Shown here: positions 25,970 through 38,519 of the stretch, one piece after another
Layout of the letters: each line of letters begins with the position of its first letter
Position numbering within the stretch: position 1 is the first letter of the stretch
Assembly: GCA_951406725.2 (NCBI GenBank)
Contig: OX597814.1
Coordinates: 41,044,001-41,108,000, forward strand
Reading direction: 5' to 3'
From: Octopus vulgaris
Taxonomy: Eukaryota
DNA: 64,000 nt
Notes under the pieces: model-generated
Database searches by the model: none
Seen by the model: the letters and a program-made list of their open reading frames with translations, nothing else
What the model was told of the DNA's origin: nothing
Program-made: the position numbers and the translations under genes

Positions 25970-27817
25970 ATTATTATTATTATTATTCAGTAGTTTTATT
26001 TTTATTTTTATAGCGTGCTTTCACTTCACTACCGAGCGCAGCTCTGTGTGCCTTGGGTATGTGCTGTGATTTGTTGTGATGCTCTGATGATTATTGTATG
26101 GAAAGTGTTCTGCGTAGGATGTGGGCAGTGCCTAGTAGTGCAATTTTCTGTATGTTATATGTGTTTGTAAGTCCTGGTGTTTTTGTTATGTATTTGTCTG
26201 AATATTTTTTTATCATGCCTAATGCACCTACTATGATAGGAATTGTTTCTGTTTTCAGATTCCACATTCTAGTTACCTCTATTTCCAGGTCTTTGTATTT
26301 TGAGAGTTTCTCCATTTCTTTTAGAGACACGTTGTCATCTGCCGGTATTGATACATCAATTAAAAAGCATTTTTTTTCTTCATGATCTCTGACAACTATA
26401 TCTGGTCTGTTGGCCTTAATTTCTCTATCTGTGTGTATCGGCATATCCCAGAGTATGGTTGCTTTCTCGTTTTCTGTGACCTTTTCTGGTGTGTGCCTAT
26501 ACCATCTTTTTTCTGTTGTTATTCCATAATGTTGGCATAGCTTCCAATGTATGTAGGTTCCAACTCTGTCATGTCTGTGAATATATTCCTTCTTAGCCAG
26601 GACTGGGCAGCTAGAGATAATATGATTTATTGTTTCTTGTCCATCTCCACATATTCTGCAGTTACTTGTAATATTTCTTTTCATTACATGTTTTTGGTAA
26701 TTTCTGGTGGGGAGGCTTTGGTCTTGTGCTGCAATTAAAAATCCCTCTGTTTCTGCTTTGAGTCCTGAGCTTCTCAACCATTGCTGGGATTTTTCTTTGT
26801 CTATTTCTTTTGCGTTTAGTTTAGTGCAGTATTTACCATGAAGGGGCTTTTCTTGCCATCGTTTTATCATGGTTCGTTGCTGTTCTGTTTTTAGTTTGGA
26901 TTTCATTTGTTTTATAGCTTTTGTTGTTTCTTCATCTTCTTCTTCTTCTTCATGTTTATTAGGTGGTATGATTTCTTGTTTGTATTTGTCAGCTTCCTTA
27001 AATACTGAGAACAGTTTTTTGTTTTGCTCGTGTTTTGCCGCTATCTGGATCAGTTTTCCTTCCTTCTGAAGTAGATATTTTTGCAGTCCTATGGTGGTTA
27101 TTTTATAGTAGTTTTCCAGCTGTATAAGGCCTCTACCACCTTCCATACGTTGTATATATAGTCTTTCTATGTCAGATTTTGGGTGATGCATCCTAGATCC
27201 TGTCATTATTTTTCTTGTTTTCCTATCTATTTTGGTCAGTTCATTTCGTGTCCAGTTAAGGATATTGTAGCTGTAACTTATAACTGGGACAGCTAAAGTG
27301 TTGATACCTATTATCTTGTTTTTAGCATTGAGCTCTGTGTTTAGTATTGATCTAACTCGTCTATAATATTCTTTTTTATTTTCTCTTTCATTTGTGTGTG
27401 TTGTGTCTTATCTAGTTCATGGATTCCTAAGTATTTGTAAGTTTGGCTTTGGTCTAATTCTTTTATTTCATTGGTTTTATCTAGTGTGATGTTGTTACTC
27501 TTAACTAGTTTTCCTCTTTTCATGGTTACTTTGGCGCATTTTTCTAATCCAAATTTCATATCTATTTCTTTGGTAAATCCATGAACTGTCTTTAATAGTG
27601 TTTCCAGCTGTTTGTCATTTGCAGCGTATAGTTTTAGGTCATCCATATATAAAAGGTGGCTGATCGTTTTGCCGTAACATTTATATCCGCATCCAGTTCT
27701 ATTTAGCATATCAGATAGAGGTGACAGTGCCAAGCAGAAAAGGAGTGGAGAGAGCGTGTCTCCCTGGAATATTCCTCTTCTAATGGGGATGTCTTTGGTT
27801 TTCATGAGTCCCTCTTT
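25970..27817 (-). mobile_element. Young, 5'-truncated R4/Dong-type non-LTR retrotransposon (family A) with (TAA)n tail
   Basis: RT motifs RRGIFQGDTLSPLLF and HLLYMDDLK, CCHC finger CRICGDGQETINHIISSC, RHD, and restriction-like endonuclease RPDIVV...LIDVSIP...KLSKY. It has a ~100-bp 3' UTR and (ATT)n on both flanks. Confidence 0.93.
26091..27817 (-). pseudogene. RT/Zn-finger/RLE ORF of the LINE, 5'-truncated, with one frameshift
   Basis: ORFs 27341..27805 and 26091..27206 join into one frame if one A is added to the A6 run (T6 at 27372-27377 on +). This restores KIKKEYYRRVRSILNTELNAKNK...MHHPKSD. Confidence 0.9.
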
Positions 27818-27819
27818 TG

Positions 27820-27882
<63 letters not shown>

Positions 27883-27961
27883 TACTACTACTACTATTAT
27901 TATCATCATCATCACATCATCATCATCATCATCATCATCATTATTATTATTAATATTATTA

Positions 27962-27992
<31 letters not shown>

Positions 27993-28000
27993 CATTATTG
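27818..28000. repeat. Compound (ATT)n/(ACT)n/(ATC)n microsatellite
   Basis: Directly visible; it separates two LINE copies. Confidence 0.97.
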
Positions 28001-28870
28001 ACTTTGCACAGCTTCTAACGCTGGAGAATGACTACGTTGACAGCTGTTCACAACCAATGAACTAAGGTAACGCCTCTTAATTTTCGAGCACCTTCCAGAG
28101 TATTCGTGCAGTCCTAAGCAGTGCTGTTTTCTGCAAGTGCTCAACCCTTATTCCAGCTCCTGTTTGTTCCATGTACTTCTCAAGATTTTTATTCACTGCT
28201 CCCAGAGCTTCAACTATTATCGGTACTACTGTCACCTTTTTCAACGACCACAAATGCTGAACCTTCCAAGTTAATATATCATATCTTTGGAATCTCTTTC
28301 ATCCTTATCGCATATCTTGTTTTCAGCTGGGCATGCTATATCTCTCATTCAGCATAGATTTCTTTCTTTCTCAATCAAGATTATGTTGAGCTTCCTATTC
28401 TCTATCTCATGGTCGTACTAAGTCATAAAATCCAACAGGATCTTTACATTACCATTTTCGATGACGCCTTCGGGTTTGTCGTCGTCCGAACTTTTTGCTC
28501 TGTCATGTCAGTACTTGTTGCAGAACGCCCAATGAACAAACCTTGTTATATTGTCATGGCATCTCTTATAGTTATTTTTGGCTAGTGGCGTACATTGTTT
28601 GGTAATGTGCCATACGGTTTCACCATTTTGTCCCCGTATTCTGCACTTATCACTTTCTGATGTGTTGTATATTCTGTATTCTATGTATTTCTTAGTGCTT
28701 GCACATGGGCAGCACAGATTTGAGACCCTGTTTTCGGTTTTAAATCACTTTTAGTCATCCACAGTCATCTTTTTTCTCTGTCTATCGTATCTTCACCATC
28801 CCTTTGAAATTGTCCATGCATTCTTTTTTTACCCACCTATTTTCAGTTTCATTCATTTTCAATTGAATGT
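28000..28870 (-). mobile_element. Decayed 3' portion of an R4/Dong-type LINE (family B)
   Basis: KCRIRGQNGETVWHITKQCTPLAKNNYKRCHDN (CCHC + RHD) and EHLQKTALLRTARILWKVLEN*. The 3' UTR matches 4390-4470. Confidence 0.88.
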
Positions 28871-28959
28871 TACTTAGTAGTGTTGACAGATTTTTCTCTT
28901 TTTTCTATTATTATTACTATTGTTGTTGTTGTAGTTATTATTATTATTATTATTATTAT

Positions 28960-29021
<62 letters not shown>

Positions 29022-29280
29022 TCATCATCATCATCATCATCATCAATGTTATTAATAATATTAATAAGCTATGTTTTGTTTATTTCTGTACGTACATGTG
29101 GTGTGTGTCACAGTCACTTTAAAGGAAGAGTGAAATATTTAATTGGACAGGTACAAAAAAAAGAGAAATAAAATAGTTTAAGCTCAGGTGACATCGCTGA
29201 AGCGAGTGGCAAATCGAGTTTGAGGGGATTGGCAAAAGCAGATGAAGTATAATTGAAGTGAAAGGCAACTCTGCAACGAA

Positions 29281-29341
29281 GGGGAAGTGTTATGTATGTA
29301 TGTATGTATGTATGTATGTATGTATGTATGTATGTATGTAT

Positions 29342-29387
<46 letters not shown>

Positions 29388-30138
29388 GTCTATTTATCTA
29401 GCTAGCTATCTGCCTGAGAGTTATATTGTCTTTCTGTCTCTCTCTAATACGCAATATCTCTCCCTCTCTCTGTCTCTCCCTCGCTTTCTCTCAGCAAATT
29501 GCTGTGGATGCTACTGTTACTTTTCTACAGGGGAAGGGACAGGTAGAAAGAAAAAACATGATAAAATGTATTAAACAGAGGAAGTATATTTGAAGTGAGT
29601 GGCAGAGTGAGTGAGATTGAGTGATGGCTGAAAGGAAAAGAGGAAATGTTTTTTATCAATATTTTCAGAGTGGACTGATACATGCAGTAAAAGTAGGGAA
29701 GATACAAACACCAAAAGAAAAGTAGATACATGCAAACATTGTTTACTCAAAAACAAATAACTACAGCAAATATTGATGTCACTTTCAATTTTCATTACCA
29801 CACCAAGAAAAAAATTAAGGCGCAAGTAGCTGTGTACTCCACAGACATGCATAACATTAACGTAGTTCTCAGAGATATTCGGCCTCACACAGAATGTGAT
29901 AAGGCTGGTCCTTTTCAATTAGAGCTGCAGCTAATTTTGGCCAGGTGAGTGGACTGGAGCAAGATAAAACTTCAAGAGTTTGGAAGAAAATGAAACAATA
30001 TTCAATACAGAAGCAGGAAAATATTTTCAGACATTAAGGTCAATATGGGTATTAAGCTGGTCTTAACAGCGGCCTATGTATGTATGTATGTATGTATGTA
30101 TGTATGTATGTATGTATGTATGTATGTATGTATGTATG

Positions 30139-30173
<35 letters not shown>

Positions 30174-30500
30174 AGCGATCGATCTCTGTGACTGTCTGTC
30201 TGATTCTCTCCCTCTCTCACAAGCTCTCTCGCTCTCTCCTTCTGTCTCAGTCTTTCTCTCTCTCTCTCTCGCTCTCAGCATATACCTGTTGGTGTTGCTC
30301 CAACATTGCTACACCTGAAAGGATAAGTAGAAGGGGAAATAGAAATAAAATGTGTTAAGTATTGGAATTATATTTGAAGTGAGCGGTAACGTGAAATAAA
30401 GGAGGGACAGGGAGGGAGTGAGTGGGGAATGAAAGGAAGGTGGCGTTTGCTTTGTGTTTTTAAATGATTCTCAGTATTTTCAGAGGAGACAGATATACAA
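29281..30500. repeat. Old direct duplication of a ~420-bp microsatellite-headed unit (29281-29690 and 30076-30500)
   Basis: Both copies show (TATG)n, a CT-rich tract ending CTCTCAGCA, ATAAAATGTxTTAA, TATATTTGAAGTGAG, GAAAGGAA and TATTTTCAGAG in the same order. Confidence 0.7.
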
Positions 30501-30697
30501 CCGCTGCACATATTGAATGTTACCTTTTCTTTCTTCTTTCCTACAATGCAATTTATTACCATATTCTATATATTGAATACTAAGCTAATGTTGGATATTT
30601 CTCTGTCACAATATAAACATATTTCTCTGCGCAGTAGAACACAATTTTCAAATGCTTACATTTTTAAAATATTTTCCGAGATGTTTACAGGGTCCAT

Positions 30698-31324
<627 letters not shown>

Positions 31325-31333
31325 TATTATTAA

Positions 31334-31432
<99 letters not shown>

Positions 31433-31437
31433 TATTA

Positions 31438-31477
<40 letters not shown>

Positions 31478-32700
31478 GTTGAGACCAAGTCTCACCCAGG
31501 GACCACAAGAGACAACAGCTTAGATGTTCATGTTGGTATTATGCCTAGGCTGTCATATATGTGATATAGAGAAAGTTTAAGTAAACAAGAAAATTATTGA
31601 GTTTGTTTTAAAATTTGCGATTATATAGACAGTATTTTAAGTAGGTTATGGGCAGATTCCATCAACACTATCATTTGAATTTCTGCTATTTTGTGATTTG
31701 CTGATATCTGAGATAGTTAGCAATCAGCCCCTTTGCTATAATTCCTAGGGCACATATGACATGTATTGTGTTACACTTGAGGTTCCACATTTTGCTAATT
31801 TCTATTCCAAGTTCTTTATACTTGCTCAGTGTTTGGTAGATCTTGACAGATACATTTATGTCGATTGGGACAGTCAAGTCAATGAGGAGGCATTGTCTTG
31901 AGACCTGTATTTCGGGAATATTTGAATCAGGAGCTGATGAATCGCCCCAATCTGGTTCATCATTTGAGTACGCGGTCCTAGGTGAAGCGGGTGGCAGAAA
32001 GTCTGGATCTCTCTGTTTAAGATTAAGTGTTTTTGAACAACACCGCCTCCCAGTTCTTTGAATGAAAACATTGCTTGAAACGTAGCATGTTAAGGCTAAC
32101 AGATGGGTATTCGTCTGTATTTTTTTTTTTGCTGATATATTTATTTACGGGCATAGTTTTTTCTGGCGTTTTTAAACGTATAAATTTTTCACTCCGTCTA
32201 TGATAGTTCGGAAAATAAAAATATGTTTGGTTTTTACTTTAGGTTTTGCTTCGTTTTTGACACGTGATTTGATATGCGTGTATATGTGTCCTGTAAGTTT
32301 CACGTAGTTGTGTCGACATTAGGATAAATGTGTAGTCCTATGGGTATTAAAATGTATGAATATGTAGACATTCGAGTGTATGTCTAATTAATCAGTTTAT
32401 GTACTTAGTGTTATGTTCCATTTAAATTTATACTTTGTAAACTTTTAGATGCTGGTTTCGTGTGTTTTTCGTGCATTTTTCACTGACACATCGTGCATAG
32501 GAGAAACTTTGCATTGTATCGGAATAAAGTTTCGCTTTTTTGATTATTTTCGTTAAATGTCGCTTCCTTTAAGTATTCCACAAGTTCATTTATCCCATTC
32601 CAGCAAAGTTATTGGATTAGATTTGTCTTTGAATGGCGAGCCCGTTGTACCACATCAGGAAAGCCCGGTGTAGCACGCCTTAGAGCTAGGTTTTAGCAGG
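31478..32700 (-). mobile_element. Internally deleted or decayed R4/Dong-type LINE (family C)
   Basis: VPIDINVSVKIYQTLSKYKELGIEISKMWNLK...CALGII (RLE C-terminus, 31686-31877), then QMIVLMESAHNL. Assigning 31950-32700 as the 5' part is inferred only from the (ATT)n boundaries. Confidence 0.7.
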
Positions 32701-32702
32701 TA

Positions 32703-32777
32703 TCATTACTATTATTATTATTATTGTTGTTGTTGTTGTTGTTGCAATTATCATTATTATCATTATTATCATTATTG

Positions 32778-32859
<82 letters not shown>

Positions 32860-32972
32860 CATCATCATCATCACCATATTTATTATTATTATCATTATTA
32901 TAATTATTATTATAATTATCATTATTATTACTAATACTATTATTATTATTATTATTATTACTATTATTATTT
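32703..32972. repeat. (ATT)n-dominated compound microsatellite
   Basis: Directly visible. Confidence 0.97.
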
Positions 32973-33309
32973 CAATTTAAGACGTTGCTCAGTATTCAAT
33001 ATCGTGATGATTTTGATTGAAGATATTCTTTCTCCGGGGGGTTTTGTTATTCTTATTAATGTTGTTAACCGATCAGATCATCTGATATCCGATTATCCTT
33101 ATGTTTACCAAATGCTTAAGAAAAACCCAAGCAGTATTGATATATGAATGTGTTTCCATGTATAAGATTAACTTTGTTCAATATTCCAGCAATATTTCTG
33201 ATTAAGATAATTCAATACGAATGCATTTGCAATGAGAACTATCAGGCAGACTTCAAATTATATAACGCTTTGAAACAATAATATACATCAAAATATATTT
33301 AAAAAATGT

Positions 33310-33911
33310 GGAAAGTTTATGCATCAGAGGAAATACCATTATAATCAACACGTTTTTGCCAACGGGTTACAAGTTTGTTCATTCCGATAACATAAAAAGA
33401 CAATCTGGTGTTCTGGAGCTGAGGAAATCTTTGAACAGACTTTCAGCACCGGTTTGATTTTTTAACTCCTTGTGACGCAGGAAACAATCAAGGTGTTTGA
33501 AAAAGCGGTAGTCGCTAGGAGAAAAGTGTGGGGAACAGCTGGTAGTGGTGGTGAAATTCATAGTCAATTTCCCTCAACTTCTGAAGCGTCATTAGTGACA
33601 CGTGTGGTCGATCATTGTCATGCAGAATGATTTGCCCTTTTCTCTTGACCAGTCTGTGATGGACGACTAGCGGATTTTCGTTTGTTTTGACAATTTTAGT
33701 GGATGAGTCTAGCGCTATACCACCAAAAAGTAACATTTTTTTGAAGAGTTCGGTTTTAGTGAAGGGTTTTCTGTGATTCATTTTGTTCCTATCACTACGA
33801 AGAAAGTTTTATTATTATTATTATTATTTTTATTATAATTATTATTATTATTATTATTACTATTATTATCATTGTCATTTACTTTATTATTATTAATATT
33901 ATTATTATTAT

Positions 33912-33942
<31 letters not shown>

Positions 33943-34575
33943 TTACAGAATCCAGTTCGTAAGTTTCAATACAGTTGAGAAATGGAGTGTCCTGGTTACG
34001 GAGAAGTGACGAACAAAGTGCGTCTCTGCGCATTTTTGATTTTCATTCAAATGGTATGGCACATATTTTCCTAGCTTTTTTGATTTTCCGATCGCAGGTA
34101 CTTTTCTGACTAACTTGAAATTATTTTGCCAGTTCTCGTGTGGTTTTACGTGGATCTTTCTCGATGATGGTCATTAATTGACCGTCATCGATGACAAATG
34201 TGCTTCCATTAAACTCATGATCTTCAAGGCTCAGGTCTCCACTGCGAAATCGTTTAACCTTTTTGAAAGCCGAAAACTCATTGGTCATTTCCTCATCAAA
34301 CATTTCGTTGATATCTCGAGCTCTTTCAGGTGATTTACGTCCTTTGTTGAAGCTGAATAGTAAAATTGCTTAAATATCGCACTTTGACAGTTCTATTTCA
34401 TATGATTGCATCAAGGGTGAAAAAAATATTAAGGTTCATTTATTGATGAATTTGGTCAAGTCTGTGTATTATCAGATAATTGCAAAACTTTTTTCAGAAA
34501 TATTAAAACTCTGCAAACATCCGGTACAAATTCTTTAAGGTTCACTTCGTTGCTTTCTTCTTACCCGACCTGATA
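33310..34575 (-). mobile_element. Mariner (DD34D) transposon, decayed and interrupted by (ATT)n at ~33810-33945
   Basis: RFRSGDLSLED...DPRKTTRELAK (HTH region), ILHDNDRPHVSLMTLQKL and FSPSDYRFFKHLD. There is a TIR-like TATCAGGTCGGGTAAG at ~34575 (-). Confidence 0.88.
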
Positions 34576-34949
34576 TTTTCTTTCGAACTTGTTATCATAT
34601 ATTATACGAATGATTGACTTTGAAATCTTTCCTCAGTTTTAATATAAAACGGAGTGTTTCACGGCTCTTTTTATTGCATCCCATTTTTGAACTAAAATTT
34701 AATTTTCTATTGTCATATATAATAAACATAAATAATTAAAGTACAATAATATTCCATTTATGTGTCCAGCAATCTGAAGTATATCTCGCGATAATTCATT
34801 TTTAAAATTTCGCTAAGAACCTTTCTTCCAAAACATACTACTACTGTTGGCGTTCAATAAAATATATCATTAAGCATAGGATGTAATATGATCAGACTAC
34901 TGACGAATATAATTAACCACAAATACTCAGAAATATATACATTTAAAAC

Positions 34950-35352
34950 AATACACCATTACATAATACACAGATACTTCTATTTGCCTATGATTTCAAA
35001 CATGACATCCATTAAATAAATTCAAGTTCTTTCAGCACAATCAATGTTCTCAGTTGTGTTATTTTATAATGATAGGATACACGCAGGAAAGTGTATACAA
35101 GCGTAAGTAAAATAACTAACATAATCTGGTCTACTCACAATATTCAGAAATATCTAGATTCAAAATATTATACACTCACATTATACACTGATACTTCGAT
35201 GTATATGTGATTTCAAAGATGACATTTATTAAATAAATTCAAGATCTATCAGCACGATCAATGAGCTCATTTGTGCAATTACATAGTGACACGATACACG
35301 CTTCAAAGTGTATACAGGCGTAAGTAAAGCAACTAACACAATCTACTCACAT
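34950..35352. repeat. Tandem duplication, ~215-bp unit x2
   Basis: TGATTTCAAAxATGACAT..ATTAAATAAATTCAAG..TCAGCACxATCAATG..AAAGTGTATACAxGCGTAAGTAAA..CTACTCACA is present at ~34990 and ~35208. Confidence 0.9.
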
Positions 35353-35399
35353 TTTGGGGCGGATAATACAATAATATGCAGGTTAGATATAAGACAATG

Positions 35400-36660
35400 A
35401 TGCAACTCTTTTTCGCAAAACTCACAAAATTCATAGAAGTAACACGACGAATTTTGCAACTGGGTCTCAGATACTCCTGCCGTTGCTCATTTTTACTTAA
35501 AATGAAACCTTAGCATATATATATGAAACTATCTTATTCTACCTAACCCAACTTCAAATCTATTGTAGCAGACTCTAATACGCAAAAGCTTTCTCTTTAC
35601 TATCGAAACTCACATAACTACAACTCAAGTCATGCCAACACTCAACATACACACAGCTCCACGACAGATACCCTTACATTAGACTACAATCACAACCCAA
35701 CCCATCTTACTGACACTACCCGGAACACCACCCTAACAAATAGTACAAGTAATAACAACAATTGTAATAATAGCAATAATGATAATGACAACGTTAATAA
35801 TATTAATAATATAGAAACTTCTACACTCTTCGCTACCTCTCATCTGATGATATTACCTCCCCTATTCCTGAACACAATCCCTAATATTCACCTAATTGTA
35901 ATTGCCGTCCTGGAACCATCTGCCCGTTACAAACCCATTGCAGAAGATATAAAGTAGTTTACAAATGTACTGTCCTTAATTTATTACACAACTCTATAAC
36001 CATATAAATAGGATCAATCAAAAACTTTAAGCCATGATATACCTATTTCTTTATTACCCACAAGGGGCTAAACACAGAGGGGACAAACAAGGACAGACAT
36101 AGGTATTAAGTCGATTACATCGACCCCAGTGCGTAACTGGTACTTAATTTATCGACCCCGAAAGGATGAAAGGCAAAGTCGACCTCGGCGGAATTTGAAC
36201 TCACAACGTAACGCAGACGAAATACCGCTAAGCATTTCGCCCGTGTGCTAACGTTTCTGCCAGCTCGCCGCCTGATATACCGCTCACCTCCATTCCTTTA
36301 GATACGATAAACATAGTAAATCTACAACACTCGCCAACCACATACATCATCTCAAAAATTCAAATATACCCTATATTCTATCATAGTCCATACTTAGGGA
36401 TTCTCTACCGAGGTCAACGCTCAACCTGCAAACATTTGCGTGAAGGAGGCATTTCACATATTAAAGCACAACACTCCAGCACTGCTAAATAAACATAATT
36501 AGGCACTAAGCACATGAAACGACCGCTTTTTCACACATTCAAATTCTACCTCTAATCCAAATGCTTAAACGTCCATACGGTATATTTAGACAATACCACT
36601 TAGGTAATCCCAATAACCTTATAAATCTGCTTTTTAACTCTCCTTCCGTATCTAATTCCT
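35400..36660 (+). mobile_element. Naiad-like PLE 3' fragment (linker + GIY-YIG), interrupted by a SINE
   Basis: MKLSYST*PNFKSIVADSN, then CNCRPGTICPLQTHC (CxC-x5-C-x5-C), VVYKCTV...*IGS..FKP*YTAHLHSF...STTLANHIHHLK. Confidence 0.85.
36044..36272 (-). mobile_element. Young tRNA-derived SINE (family C) with 9-bp TSD
   Basis: Minus head GGCGGCGAGCTGGCAGAAACGTTAGC...GAGTTCAAATTCC, central GCCTTTCATCCTTTCGGGGTCGATAAA, tail ...AATAAAGAAATA. TSD TGATATACC at 36035-36043 and 36273-36281. Confidence 0.93.
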
Positions 36661-37064
36661 CACTCATACTCGATTATCACACCCATCTCATTATATTCGT
36701 GTGTATATGCGTCCATGGATGTGTACGTGTATATGCATGTGCGTATGCGTGTATTTATGTGTATATGTGTGAATGTATGTATACAAGGTATGTATACCTG
36801 CGTATGCAGGGGCGATAATACATACAGATACAACCTATATACGTGTGTGCATGTGTACATTTACACATGAGTACGAGTTATATATACATATGAATACATC
36901 TTCACATATATATTTTTTCTTCTACTACTAATCACTGACGTATCCAACCACCTAATCTATATTCCTAAATTCTTGATTCCATATGTATACCCCTCTCTCT
37001 ACCCCATCACTTAGACTCTACACTACATAACCGACACATTTGGGTCTTACTAACACCAATGCAT

Positions 37065-37100
<36 letters not shown>

Positions 37101-37849
37101 GAGAGAGAGAGGTGCACAGACACGCTTACATGATTATTTAAATTTTGTGTATTCACTTAATTGTTTATCTATTACAGCGCTTTTACTCTCTATGGTTAAC
37201 CGTTGTCATCCTAAATTTTGATACGTCACTGATCTACATGGGCTACATCGCAGTGCTCGTTAAGTTTATAACAAATGATGAAAACAGAAAATGGAATTCC
37301 CGATTATCTTTATTCATCAGGTGCGTTTCATCTATATTTTAAAAAATTAACCTCGCTAAGTACTCTTCGTTTCGCTCGGTTCCATTATACATGTTATGCC
37401 GTATAATCGAACTTAGCGAAAACGGGTTTATTGAGACGGATGTTGTTTTCTTTCTACATAAAGAAGCACCTCATGAGAGACATTTGCACAATAGGATGCA
37501 ACACAACCACTTGTATAATATCCCACCCGCAACATAATTTATTTTCTAGAGATAAAATTTTCTCTATTTATATAGGATACATCGAAGTGCTCACTATATC
37601 TGAGCCATAAGGAAATGGGTAAAATAATCATGAGACATACATTACTAAAATGTATCATGTTGTAAAATTTTTATGTGCACGAAATAATGTCCCAAAAATA
37701 CATAAATACATTTAAATATATATAAAAAATTTATAGATATAGATATATTTAAAATATATTTAAATTTATAGATATAAATATATAAATATGCTAGAATATA
37801 TGAAGAACATAAATATATAATTCTACTTATAATGATGGCGTTATTAAAA

Positions 37850-38515
37850 TTTATTCTGAAACGCACGATAATGCTAATATAATAATATGAACAGGATAAA
37901 CTATTCATATATTTCAGAAAATATTGTTACCGGCCAGCCATGTGACGCGAAATCACATGTCTGATATTACGCGTCAAGCGCTTTAATTTTAAGGTAAACT
38001 GCCCATTAACGAATTGTTCTGCAACTTAAGGATTTATAAATCTAGCTATATAAACGCTATCGTTAGATTCAACTTACAAAGAAAGTAAACATACAATGTT
38101 TGCTTTAGAAGCGTGGAAATGTTTTGAAGAAATGATTTCTGTATCTTTCACTACATCTCAACGCTTTTCAAGCATACTTTGTTTACTTTCATCCTAAGTT
38201 GGATTTAAGGTTAGCATATTATAATGCTAGATTTACAAATCCTAAAATTGCAAAATAATTCGGTACTGGGCAGTTTAGCATAAAGATAAAGTACTCGACG
38301 CGTAAGCACAGGGGTGTAAGTTCGAGTCTCATGACCGGCTGGTAACGATTTTTTCTGCAGTATATGGGTAGTGTATCATGTTCATGCAATTGTATTAGCA
38401 TTATCATGAGTTTGAGAATAAATTATTTATGTATCTTTCAATATGTCTCAACGCTTCTAAAGTAAACATTGTTTGATGTCTTTCATAATAAGTTGAATTT
38501 GATATTAGAATTATA
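37850..38515. repeat. Head-to-head inverted pair of a ~290-bp unit containing a tRNA-like core, plus a partial tandem copy
   Basis: The reverse complement of 37850-38130 aligns with 38140-38430, and 38431-38515 restarts the unit. Core GGCAGTTTAGCATAAAG...GTTCGAGTC at 38268-38340. Confidence 0.82.
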
Positions 38516-38519
38516 TACA

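Noticed and set aside
32600-32700. GC-rich putative LINE 5' end as a possible HDV-like ribozyme
   Set aside because: I could not build P1/P2 pairings of the nested double pseudoknot by eye.
38268-38340. A bona fide tRNA gene
   Set aside because: The acceptor, D and anticodon stems do not pair well and the sequence is part of a repeated unit, so I treat it as tRNA-like only.
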